From Acidobacteriota bacterium (GTDB lineage Bacteria > Acidobacteriota > UBA890 > WLXD01): a stretch of 64,000 nucleotides of DNA. The translations under genes and the position numbers were made by a program. This document shows, piece after piece, positions 46,806-55,846 of this stretch (positions are counted from its first letter, which is position 1; every line of letters starts with the position of its first letter). Where the stretch lies: contig CAXWPH010000007.1 of assembly GCA_963666055.2 (NCBI GenBank), positions 224,001 through 288,000 of the forward strand, given 5' to 3'. The notes under the pieces were generated by a model that had not been told where the DNA came from, did not search any database, and was given only the letters and a program-made list of their open reading frames with translations.

Positions 46806-47864
46806 CTACTGCGACTCTCGCAGCGCGGCGAGGATGTCGTTCACGATGGCCGCCTCTTCGCCGTCCGCGGGTACCATCTCGATGTAGCGCTCGAACGCCG
46901 CAATCGCCTGTTCCATCTGACCGCTGTTCACATGCGCGAAGCCGAGCTGCTTGTAGGCGACGCTGTACTGTGGATCGACCTCGACGGCCCGCGAGTAGAA
47001 GGAAATGGCCTCGCCGGCACGGCTCTGCTGGAAGTAGATCTCGCCGATGTTGTAGTAGAGTGAGGCGTTCTCGGGGTCTTGGACGATGACTCGTTCGAAA
47101 TAGTCGAGCGCCGTATCCAGGTCTCCGACGTTGGAGCTCAGGCTCGCCAGCATGAACAATGCGGTCTGGTGTTCGGACGACAACGCCAGCACCCGCTGGT
47201 AGGCGGCTTGGGCCGGCGCGATGCTGTCTACTCGAACATAGGCTTCGGCGAGGCGAAGCCAGACCGCGAAGTTGTCGGGGTTGTCAACTACGAAAGCCTG
47301 CCAGCTCTCCACGGCACCGGCGAAATCGTCGGATTCAAACGCGGCGACGCCGTCCCAGTAGTTGTCCGCATTGATCGCCTCGTCCCCCACACCGCCGCCA
47401 GCGTCGGTGGCACCACTCTCGGTCATCTGCTGCAACGTCACGTCGAGGTCGGCGTTGCAGGCGCCACCCGTCGCCCCGAAGCTATCCTCGCAAGTGGTCA
47501 CCGCCGCCGCACCCGCACGACACCTTCGAGCCAGCGGCTTGACGCATTGGCTCACCTGCACCGTGACATAGCCCTCGAGCTCGAATGCAAAATTCCACGG
47601 AGCGGTGCGGTCGCCAAAGCCGATCATCGCCCACCGACCACGATCGTCGGTCACGGCGGTGAACCTGCCCGGGGCGAAATTCTCGTTCACCGAGGTCACG
47701 GTGACACCCTCGAGCGGCTCTCCGGCCGCATCGGAAACGACACCGCGCAGCCGCGTATTGCGTTGCGCCTCGACGAAAGCCACCAACAACATCACCAGTG
47801 CCAACATCAGCACCGGGACGAATATCGGCGCCTTCGGCCACGCCAGTCTCAGCTGCCACTGCAT
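46806..47864 (-). CDS. Carboxypeptidase-regulatory-like (CarboxypepD_reg) domain plus TPR protein, secreted
   Basis: LRGVVSD..GEPLEGVTV, TD..GRW, then TPRs (YYNIGEIYF, AYKQLGFAH). Confidence 0.85.
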   Translation of the reverse strand: MQWQLRLAWPKAPIFVPVLMLALVMLLVAFVEAQRNTRLRGVVSDAAGEPLEGVTVTSVNENFAPGRFTAVTDDRGRWAMIGFGDRTAPWNFAFELEGYVTVQVSQCVKPLARRCRAGAAAVTTCEDSFGATGGACNADLDVTLQQMTESGATDAGGGVGDEAINADNYWDGVAAFESDDFAGAVESWQAFVVDNPDNFAVWLRLAEAYVRVDSIAPAQAAYQRVLALSSEHQTALFMLASLSSNVGDLDTALDYFERVIVQDPENASLYYNIGEIYFQQSRAGEAISFYSRAVEVDPQYSVAYKQLGFAHVNSGQMEQAIAAFERYIEMVPADGEEAAIVNDILAALRESQ

Positions 47865-47949
47865 TCTCGAGCCTCCTGGCTCAGGGGCCGTCGGGGCTTG
47901 GCGAACGTCGTTCGGATCGGCCGCGAGGCCGGTAGTATGTTGGTGAGTC

Positions 47950-47960
47950 TATTGTATCCA
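47950..47960. promoter_or_regulatory. Putative GntR operator, copy 5 (TATTGTATCCA)
   Basis: Identical 11-mer to copy 1; in the divergent region between the TPR and CRTAC1 genes. Confidence 0.65.
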
Positions 47961-47982
47961 GTTACCCGCCTACGGCCTGCGC

Positions 47983-49722
47983 ATGCTACGCCTCTCCATC
48001 TTGCTGACGGTGGCGCTCGCCCAGCCGGGACTCGCCCGGCCTCATGCAGAGCCCATGACCACCGTCCCGGCACAGCAAGTGCTACTAGCGGACGCGACGG
48101 CGAACTCGGGGCTGGCCTTCGAACACCGTCACGGCGGCACCGGCGAGCGCTACATGGTCGAGACCATGGGCTCCGGCTTGGCGCTGATCGACATCGACAT
48201 GGACGGGCGGGTCGACGCCTACCTCGTGCAGCAGGGGGCGACGCCTGGCTTCGTCACCGACGGGCCGCTGATCGATCGGCTGTTTCGCAACGCCGGGAGC
48301 TCGTTCCGCGACGCCACGGCGGCCTCACAGTTGATCGAGGAGGGCTACGGCGTGGGGGCCGCCGCCGCCGACTACGACAACGATGGCTTCCCCGACCTCT
48401 ACGTCACCAACTTCGGCCTCAACAGCCTGTGGCGAAACAATGGCGACGGCACCTTCAGCCGTGCCGACGACGCCGGCACGCGCGATGACCTCTGGGGCTC
48501 GTCGGCCGCATGGGGCGACTTCGATGGCGACGGAGATCTCGATCTGTACGTTGCCAACTACGTCGACTTCGACTGGGACAACAACAAGTTCTGTGGCGAC
48601 GCTGGCCGACAGATCTCGGCGTACTGTCACCCGGACGTCTACAACGCCCTCCCCGACCGGCTGTACGAGAACCGCGCCGACGGAACGTTCGTCGAGATCG
48701 GCGCCGCCGCCGGCATCGACGACCGGATCGATGGCAAGGGGCTCGGGGTGGTCTGGGGCGACTACGACAACGACGGCGACCCCGACATCTACGTGGCCAA
48801 CGACTCGACGCGCAACTTCCTGTACACCAACCAGGGCGACGGCACCTTCGTCGACGACTCCTTCCTTGCCGGCGTCGGCTACAGCGAGGACGGGCGCACC
48901 CAGGCCGGCATGGGGACCGAATTCGGCGACTTCGACGGCGATGGCGATCTCGACCTGATCGTCACCAACCTGACGCTCGAAACCAACACGCTGTACCGCA
49001 ACCTCGGCGACGCGGCGTTCGTCGACCACAGCTACGCCAGCGGGATCGGCGAGCCCAGCCTGCTGCTCGTCGGCTTTGGCACCAACTGGTTCGATGTCGA
49101 CGCCGACGGCGACCTCGACCTGTTCGTCGCCAACGGGCATATCATCGACAACATCGCCGAGTTCCGCGAGGGCGTCGCCGGCTCGGCGCTCGCCGAGCGC
49201 ACCTACCCGCAGCCCAACCACCTGTATATCAACGACGGCAGCGGGCGATTCGCGGAGGTGCATGCCGAAGCCGGAAGCGGCATGGGGCTGGTGAAAGTCT
49301 CTCGCGGCAGCGTCGTCGGCGACATCGACAACGATGGGGATCTCGATGTCGTGGTCTCCAACAGCAATCAGGCGGCCGACTATCTGCGCAACGACACGGT
49401 CAACGGCAACTGGATCCAGCTGCGACTGATAGGCCGCCAGGCCAACCGCAACGCGGTGGGGGCGCGCGTCGAGGTAAGGTCCGCAAGTACGCTTGCCAAC
49501 GGCGCCGGATACCCCATACGAGAGGTTGTGGCCGGTTCGTCGTACGCATCTACCAACGATCTGACAATGCACATCGGACTCGGTGCCGCGTCCTCGGCCG
49601 ACCTGACGATCCGCTGGCCCGGTGGCGACCGCGAGGTACTGCACGACCTCGCCGCCAACCGGCGCTTCGTGGTCCAGCAAGGGCGTGGGGTGGTTGCGTC
49701 GCGCCCGGCGGTGGCTCGCTAG
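47983..49722 (+). CDS. CRTAC1-family protein (FG-GAP/VCBS repeats plus ASPIC/UnbV domain)
   Basis: ETMGSG...D.D.DG, repeated DYDNDG..DLYV.N, AYCHP, QAGMG, SRG...GDIDNDGD.D, NRNAVGARV, HIGLG, RWP.G. Confidence 0.92.
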   Translation: MLRLSILLTVALAQPGLARPHAEPMTTVPAQQVLLADATANSGLAFEHRHGGTGERYMVETMGSGLALIDIDMDGRVDAYLVQQGATPGFVTDGPLIDRLFRNAGSSFRDATAASQLIEEGYGVGAAAADYDNDGFPDLYVTNFGLNSLWRNNGDGTFSRADDAGTRDDLWGSSAAWGDFDGDGDLDLYVANYVDFDWDNNKFCGDAGRQISAYCHPDVYNALPDRLYENRADGTFVEIGAAAGIDDRIDGKGLGVVWGDYDNDGDPDIYVANDSTRNFLYTNQGDGTFVDDSFLAGVGYSEDGRTQAGMGTEFGDFDGDGDLDLIVTNLTLETNTLYRNLGDAAFVDHSYASGIGEPSLLLVGFGTNWFDVDADGDLDLFVANGHIIDNIAEFREGVAGSALAERTYPQPNHLYINDGSGRFAEVHAEAGSGMGLVKVSRGSVVGDIDNDGDLDVVVSNSNQAADYLRNDTVNGNWIQLRLIGRQANRNAVGARVEVRSASTLANGAGYPIREVVAGSSYASTNDLTMHIGLGAASSADLTIRWPGGDREVLHDLAANRRFVVQQGRGVVASRPAVAR

Positions 49723-49837
49723 CGCCAGCCGGAACGCGGCAGCCTTGGGGTAACTCCCTTCTTCGTGTTTCGAAGATTCCATACACTTGCTCGCAGCGCC
49801 CGCCCAGTCGTGTCTTCCGCCGCAGGAGCAACCTCTG

Positions 49838-52633
49838 ATGTCCCGTACATCCGGACAACGCCGCCTCGCAACCGCACTGGCTATCGTTGCACTGGTTATC
49901 GTCGCTGCGCCAAGCTTTTCGAGGCACGCCGATGCCGTACCGCCGCTCGGTCAGCAGGATTCAGGCGCAACGCTCAGCGTGCCGCGCTCGATCCTGGACG
50001 GCATCCACTTCCGCTCCATCGGCGGCACCAAGCAAGGCGGCCGCATCATGGACATCGGCGTGCCGGATCCGGCAAAGCAGCCGTTCACTTTCTACGCAGC
50101 GGCTTCCACCGGAGGGCTGTGGAAGACCAGCGACGCCGGCATCACCTGGACGCCGATCTTCGATGACGCGCCGATCAACTCGATCGGCGACGTCGCGGTG
50201 GCACATTCCGACCCCGACGTGCTCTACGTCGGCACCGGCAACGGTTCGTACTGGGGAGAAGGAATCTACCGCAGTGGCGATGGCGGCGCCACCTGGAGCC
50301 ATCGTGGGCTCGACAACTCGCTCTACATCACGCGCATCCGAGTCCACCCCGAGGACCCGGACACGCTGTACGTCGCGGCGGCCGGCAACTGGGTGAGCGA
50401 TAGCGCCGAGAAGGGTGTCTTCCGGAGCGCCGACGGCGGTGCCACCTGGGTGCGCTCGCTGGCGCTGCGCCACGACGACCATCACGTTGGCGCCGCGGAT
50501 CTGGTCATCGACCCGCGCGATCCGGATGTGCTTTACGCCTCGGCCTGGGACCGCGACGACGGCGGCGGCAGCGGCATCTACAAGACCATCGACGGCGGCG
50601 ACAGCTGGGCGCGGCTCGAAGGCGGGCTACCGACGACCAGCATGGATCGGATCGGCCTCGACATCTATCTCACCGACCCCGACATCCTGGTCGCCTGTAT
50701 CCTCGTGCAGCACCCGGATTGGGACGGAAGCAACCGCGACCGATACCGCAACACCGCCTGGCGCAGCGTCGATGCGGGTGTCACGTGGGGCGGGATCGGG
50801 CCCGATCCCGATGAGTACGAGCTCAAGGGATCGTCCCGCTTTGGTCAGATCCGCATCGATCCGCGCAACGCCGACCGTATTTACGTGCTCAACACCGGCG
50901 TGCAGGGCACCCCGGACGGCGGGCGCACCTGGCAGAAGATGATCCGCTTCGCTGGCGACAACCAGGCGATGTGGATCAACCCGACCAACAGCGACCACAT
51001 GATTCTGGGCTACGACTATGGCCTGGCGATCTCCTACTCCAACGGCGACACCTGGTACCACCCCGACAACCTGCCGCTCGGGCAGCTCGAAGCCGTCGCC
51101 GTGGACATGGCACGGCCATACAACGTCTACGGTGGCATGCAGGACTTCGGCACCTGGCGCGGTCCGAGCACCAAGCGGGGTCGGTGGCCGATTCGCTTCG
51201 AAGACTGGGAGCACGTCGGCGGCGCCGACGGCTCCTACGCCCAGATCGACCCGACCGACAATCGCTGGCTCTATGTGGAGTCACAGAACGGCAGCATCTC
51301 GCGCAACGACCAGCGCACCGGCGTGCGCACCCGAATCCGCTACCGTGCCGAGGGAGTGCGCTTCAACTTCATCGCACCGATCCTGATCTCGCCGCACAAC
51401 CCGGATGTGATCTACCACGGGGCCAACGTGCTGCTGCGCTCGCCGTTCCGTGGTGAGGCGTGGGTGGAGATCAGCCCTGACCTGTCGGAGGGCGGCGGTG
51501 CGACGTCGGAGCGCCGCATCAACGGCACGATCAGCACACTCGATGAGTCGCCGGTGCAGCAAGGCGTCATCTGGGCCGGGACCGATAACGGCAACGTTTG
51601 GGTTACTCACGACGACGGGGCGAGCTGGCAGCGCTCCAGTAACGCCATTCCCGATTGGCGGAACTACAAAGTCACCCGGTTGGAGGCATCGAATCACGCG
51701 CCTGGCAGGGCGTACGTGACCGCCAGCGGCGGTCGCCGGGATCGTCGCGACCTACGCCCATACGTTTACCGAACCGACGATTTCGGGGAGACCTGGCGCT
51801 CGATCAGCGGCGGTTTGCCGGCCGATGAGCCGGTCAACGTGATCCGCGAGGACCATCGCAACCCCGACTTGCTGTTCGTGGGCACCGCCAAGGGCATCTA
51901 CGTCTCGTTCGATGGCGGCAACTCCTGGTCCTCGTTGCGCAACAACATGCCCAACGTTCCGATCCACGACCTGGTGATCCATCCGCGCGACAACGACCTG
52001 GTGGTGGGGACGTACGGGCGCAGCTTCTGGATCGCCGACATCTCCCCACTGCAGGAGATCACGCGCCAGACGCTGGCCAAGGACGTGCACCTGTTCGACG
52101 TCGCGCCTCAGGTACTGTGGGTCTCGGCCCGCGAGACTCAGGTCGCTTCCATCTATCAAAACTACGAGGGCGAGAACGCGCCGAAGGGCGCCGTCGTGTA
52201 CTACATGCTGCGCGAGCCTGCCACGGGTCCGGTGAGGGTACAGATCTACCGCGGCACCACGCTGGTCAACGAATACAGCGGCCCCGGCGAGGCAGGGCTG
52301 AACTCCGTCGAGTGGTATCTGACCGAGCGAATCCCGCGCACCGAGGAAGGCAAACTCGACTGGGAGGAGTGGAACCGCGGCGTACGCTCGGAAGAGGAAT
52401 ACTTCGACTACTACGACGGCACCGATCACTTCGGTGCCGCCGACAGCGAGGTAAGCATCTACGGGCGGCCGCTGAACGTCTGGGTGCACACGCTGCCGGA
52501 ATGGCGCGAGCGCGACTTCAGGCACATCCGCGCCAAGCCCGGCGACTACACCGTCAAGCTCCTGGTCGACGGCCGTGAGCTGAGCGGCGGCGTCACGGTG
52601 CTGCAGGACGAGTGGTTCGACCGGACGTACTGA
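49838..52633 (+). CDS. VPS10/sortilin-like BNR-repeat beta-propeller protein (putative glycosyl hydrolase)
   Basis: FRSIG...GGRI.D, many S.DGG.TW Asp-boxes, RFNF.API.IS, ISPDLS, GTD.G, DLVVGTYGRSFWI.DI. AGGAG RBS. Confidence 0.9.
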   Translation: MSRTSGQRRLATALAIVALVIVAAPSFSRHADAVPPLGQQDSGATLSVPRSILDGIHFRSIGGTKQGGRIMDIGVPDPAKQPFTFYAAASTGGLWKTSDAGITWTPIFDDAPINSIGDVAVAHSDPDVLYVGTGNGSYWGEGIYRSGDGGATWSHRGLDNSLYITRIRVHPEDPDTLYVAAAGNWVSDSAEKGVFRSADGGATWVRSLALRHDDHHVGAADLVIDPRDPDVLYASAWDRDDGGGSGIYKTIDGGDSWARLEGGLPTTSMDRIGLDIYLTDPDILVACILVQHPDWDGSNRDRYRNTAWRSVDAGVTWGGIGPDPDEYELKGSSRFGQIRIDPRNADRIYVLNTGVQGTPDGGRTWQKMIRFAGDNQAMWINPTNSDHMILGYDYGLAISYSNGDTWYHPDNLPLGQLEAVAVDMARPYNVYGGMQDFGTWRGPSTKRGRWPIRFEDWEHVGGADGSYAQIDPTDNRWLYVESQNGSISRNDQRTGVRTRIRYRAEGVRFNFIAPILISPHNPDVIYHGANVLLRSPFRGEAWVEISPDLSEGGGATSERRINGTISTLDESPVQQGVIWAGTDNGNVWVTHDDGASWQRSSNAIPDWRNYKVTRLEASNHAPGRAYVTASGGRRDRRDLRPYVYRTDDFGETWRSISGGLPADEPVNVIREDHRNPDLLFVGTAKGIYVSFDGGNSWSSLRNNMPNVPIHDLVIHPRDNDLVVGTYGRSFWIADISPLQEITRQTLAKDVHLFDVAPQVLWVSARETQVASIYQNYEGENAPKGAVVYYMLREPATGPVRVQIYRGTTLVNEYSGPGEAGLNSVEWYLTERIPRTEEGKLDWEEWNRGVRSEEEYFDYYDGTDHFGAADSEVSIYGRPLNVWVHTLPEWRERDFRHIRAKPGDYTVKLLVDGRELSGGVTVLQDEWFDRTY

Positions 52634-52643
52634 CGCCCTGGTC

Positions 52644-54122
52644 TTATGTCCGTGACTCGCCGCTAGGGCATGCTCCCGGAGCCTCTCGTAGAATGGCCCA
52701 CACCGCTGGCCCCAGAACCATGCCCTGCCGGCGCGCCGCTTCCCAAGCGGTCCGTGCCTCCTCGAAGCGACCCGCCGCATAGAGGGCAAGCACCCAGGCG
52801 CGATGCCACTCGACAGTGTCCGCTCCCTGGGCTCGCGCATTCTCCAGATGGCCGGCGGCGGCCGAGGGATCGCCCGACATCAGCAGCGCCCGGGCCAGCC
52901 CAACGCTGGCGCCCATGTCCAGCGAATCGATCTCTAGCGCAGCTCGATACTCGCGCTCTGCGGTGCTTGCATCGCCCGCCAGCCGCAGGTACTCGTCGCC
53001 CAGCTCACGATGCTCACGACCGTCCGAGAGCTTCTTGAAGGTTCGCAGGTGAGCCACACCGTCGGGGTCACCGCGTCGCTGCAGGACCGTGCCCAGGTCG
53101 AAGTGCCCCTGGACGTTGCGCGGCGCTACCTCGAGAAGCGCTCGGGCAACCTGCTCGGCTTCGTCGAGCCTGCCGAGCTTTATGAGGATCTTGGCCTGGA
53201 GTTCTAGCGCACCGACGCGCAACGCACCGACGCCGTGCTCGAGCGTCGTTGAAGCGCCGGCAATCGTCGCGATCGCCTGTTCGATCACGGCAAGCGCTTC
53301 CTCGCCACGGCCCTGATACAGCACCGCCTCGGTGTAGGGCAGCTGCACGGCAGGGTCGCCCGGCCTCCGGCGCAGGGCTTCCTGGAGGACCCTCTCGGCG
53401 GCCTCGAACCTCTGCACGTTGAACAGGTGATACCCGAGCGCCACCCGCCCGGCCACGACGTCTGGGGCCAGATCGACGGCTCGCCGGTAGGCCGCTTCGG
53501 CGGCCTCGTTGTCGAACGCCGCGGCAAGCGCATCGCCGCGGCGCTGCCACAGCCCGGGGCGCTCGGGGTCGATCTCGATGGCGCGCGCCAACCACTCGGC
53601 CGCCTCACGAGCGTTGCCCGCCTCCGAAGCGAGCTCGGCGGCCCTCAGCTCCGGCCCTGTCCACCGGGGGGTGACGGCGGCGAGATCCTCTAGCCTCCGC
53701 CGTGCCTCGGAGACGGCACCGATGCGATAGCAGACCTCGGCGCGTTGGTACTCCGCCGGCCGCAGATCCGGGCGCGACTGCAGCGCCAGCGTCAGCTCGG
53801 TCCAAGCGTCGGCCCATCGGTCTTGTGCGAATCTGACCAGCCCGAGCTGGTATCGCACCGCGCCCGGGTCAGCGCTCCCCGGAAGCGCCGACTGCAGCTC
53901 GCCCGCGGCCCGCTCCAGCTGGCCGACCGCCAGCAGGGCCCGGCCTAGGTGAAAGTGCGTGGCGGAGCTTTCCGGATCGAGGCGCAGCGCCTCCTCGAGC
54001 TCGACAATGGCCTCTTTGGCCTGGTTCTGCTGCAAGAGGTCGACGCCGCTGGCCAGATGCTCGGCCGCCGATTGACCGAGCCCCCCCAGCAGGCCCGCGA
54101 CGAGAGCCCAGCGCAGCATCAT
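52644..54122 (-). CDS. Secreted TPR-repeat protein
   Basis: Signal peptide, many TPRs. ATGA overlap with the CRTAC1 paralog. Confidence 0.85.
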   Translation of the reverse strand: MMLRWALVAGLLGGLGQSAAEHLASGVDLLQQNQAKEAIVELEEALRLDPESSATHFHLGRALLAVGQLERAAGELQSALPGSADPGAVRYQLGLVRFAQDRWADAWTELTLALQSRPDLRPAEYQRAEVCYRIGAVSEARRRLEDLAAVTPRWTGPELRAAELASEAGNAREAAEWLARAIEIDPERPGLWQRRGDALAAAFDNEAAEAAYRRAVDLAPDVVAGRVALGYHLFNVQRFEAAERVLQEALRRRPGDPAVQLPYTEAVLYQGRGEEALAVIEQAIATIAGASTTLEHGVGALRVGALELQAKILIKLGRLDEAEQVARALLEVAPRNVQGHFDLGTVLQRRGDPDGVAHLRTFKKLSDGREHRELGDEYLRLAGDASTAEREYRAALEIDSLDMGASVGLARALLMSGDPSAAAGHLENARAQGADTVEWHRAWVLALYAAGRFEEARTAWEAARRQGMVLGPAVWAILREAPGACPSGESRT

Positions 54123-55846
54123 TGCGCCGACCGCGCCACGACGCCGTAGCGCTCGTCGACCACCAGCCGGCCGGGCTGTTGCTCCGGTAGCCGCAAGATC
54201 TCGCCACCTGGCCAGCGGATCTCGACGGCTTCTGCTACCCCGGACGGGAGATAGAACAACAGCCGGGCATCGTTGGCGCCGGCGTAGCCATCGCTGTCGC
54301 GCAGCTGAATCCGCTGCTCGATGGCGCCGGAGCGCACGACCACGTCGGCTCCGTAGCCGGAGCGGTTCGATCGGCGGCCGACCAGCGTGATCCTCAGCGC
54401 CGCGTGCGCCATCGACGTGTCGTTGCGGATCAATGTGGGGCGCGCATCGATGTTGGTCACCAGCAGATCGAGATCGCCGTCGTTGTCGAAGTCACCTCGT
54501 ACCGCGCCGCGCGACGACTCGCGGATCGCCAAGGCGTCGCCGGCCGTCGCAGTCACCGTTGTGAAGTCGGCCGCGCCCGACTCGCGCAACCGGTTCACAT
54601 ACAGCGAGTTGAGCTGCCGGTACGGCTCGATGCCGCGCTCCGCGACAGCTGGGTGGATGTGGCCGTTGGCGACGAACAGATCCTGATCGGCGTCGCCGTC
54701 GATATCGAGAAACAGTGCCGACCACCCCATGTACGGAAAGCTGCTGGCCGCCAGCCGGCGCAGGTCGGTCTCGTCCTGGAAGACGCAGTCGCCGAGGTTA
54801 CGGTAGAGCGTGTTGTGGTCGTTGTGGAAGTTGGTGACGTACAGATCGAGCCGCCCGTCACCGTCGAAGTCGGCGCTGGTCACCCCCATGCCCGCCTGCT
54901 CGCGACCGTCGGCGCTGTACCCGGCGCCCGACAGCAGTCCCTGCTCGTCGATCTCGCCAGCGGGAGTGTGCCGGTACAGGAGGTTCATCATCGAGTCGTT
55001 GGCGACGTAGATCTCCGACAACCCGTCGTCGTCGCAGTCGATCGCAGCCAGCGCCAGCCCGTACCCAGCGGCCTGATCGACGCGGTCCGACATCCACTCG
55101 ACGAAGGTGCCGTCGGCGAGATTGCGATACAGGAGGTCGCGCTGCCCGACCAGCCCCTCGGGCCCGCAGAACGCCTCGACGCCCGCATAAGAGCACCGAC
55201 TTTCTCCCCGCGACGGCACCGAGGTGGCCTGCAGATCCACGTAGCGAGCCACGTAGAGGTCCAGGTTGCCGTCCGCATCCCAATCCGTGAAGGTGGCGCT
55301 GGCGCCCCAGCCGGGATCCTCCACCCCGTTGGACCAAACCGCAAAGGTCCCGTCACCGTTGTTGCGATACAGCCGGTCGGCGCCGATGGCGGCGATGAAC
55401 AGGTCTGGCCAGCCATCGTTGTCGACGTCGCCCCAGGTGACGCCGGTGCCCCATACGACCTCGCGTACTCCGGCGGAGATCGGCGCCTCGCGAAACGTCT
55501 GCCCATCGCCGCGGTACAAGCGGTGTCCCGCGCCGCGGCGGCCCGCGGCCAGTGCCGGGTGGGGGGCCGGTTGAGCGATCTGCACGGTGGATCCCGTCGC
55601 CTCGGACAACGCGTTCACCAGCACGACGTCGAGGTTGCCGTCGACGTCGAAGTCCAGGAACGCCGCTCCGGACCCGGTCGACTCGGTGATGTAGGACTTG
55701 TCGAGGCTGCCGAAAGTCTGCACCAGGTCGAGGCCTGAGTTGGCCACCGCACGCAGGTCCAACGCCTGGGCAGGCAGCCCCGCCGGCGCCACAGTGAGGG
55801 TCAGCGATGCCGCCACCAGGAGCCGCCCGCCGGGGCTAGCCGCCAT
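54119..55846 (-). CDS. CRTAC1-family protein (FG-GAP plus ASPIC/UnbV), second copy
   Basis: ESTGSG...DFD.DG, FCGP, QAGMG, SSRG..RGDFDNDGD.D, SNRSG.GA, RWPGG. Confidence 0.9.
   Translation of the reverse strand: MAASPGGRLLVAASLTLTVAPAGLPAQALDLRAVANSGLDLVQTFGSLDKSYITESTGSGAAFLDFDVDGNLDVVLVNALSEATGSTVQIAQPAPHPALAAGRRGAGHRLYRGDGQTFREAPISAGVREVVWGTGVTWGDVDNDGWPDLFIAAIGADRLYRNNGDGTFAVWSNGVEDPGWGASATFTDWDADGNLDLYVARYVDLQATSVPSRGESRCSYAGVEAFCGPEGLVGQRDLLYRNLADGTFVEWMSDRVDQAAGYGLALAAIDCDDDGLSEIYVANDSMMNLLYRHTPAGEIDEQGLLSGAGYSADGREQAGMGVTSADFDGDGRLDLYVTNFHNDHNTLYRNLGDCVFQDETDLRRLAASSFPYMGWSALFLDIDGDADQDLFVANGHIHPAVAERGIEPYRQLNSLYVNRLRESGAADFTTVTATAGDALAIRESSRGAVRGDFDNDGDLDLLVTNIDARPTLIRNDTSMAHAALRITLVGRRSNRSGYGADVVVRSGAIEQRIQLRDSDGYAGANDARLLFYLPSGVAEAVEIRWPGGEILRLPEQQPGRLVVDERYGVVARSAQ

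Noticed and set aside
48180-49350. Repeated GACTACGACAACGA(C/T)GGC-like DNA motifs
   Set aside because: These encode the FG-GAP DxDxDG protein repeats of CRTAC1 and are not a DNA repeat element.
47983-55846. Enediyne or other secondary-metabolite cluster suggested by the UnbV domains
   Set aside because: No PKS, NRPS or RiPP precursor or maturase genes in the window; CRTAC1/UnbV proteins are widespread on their own.
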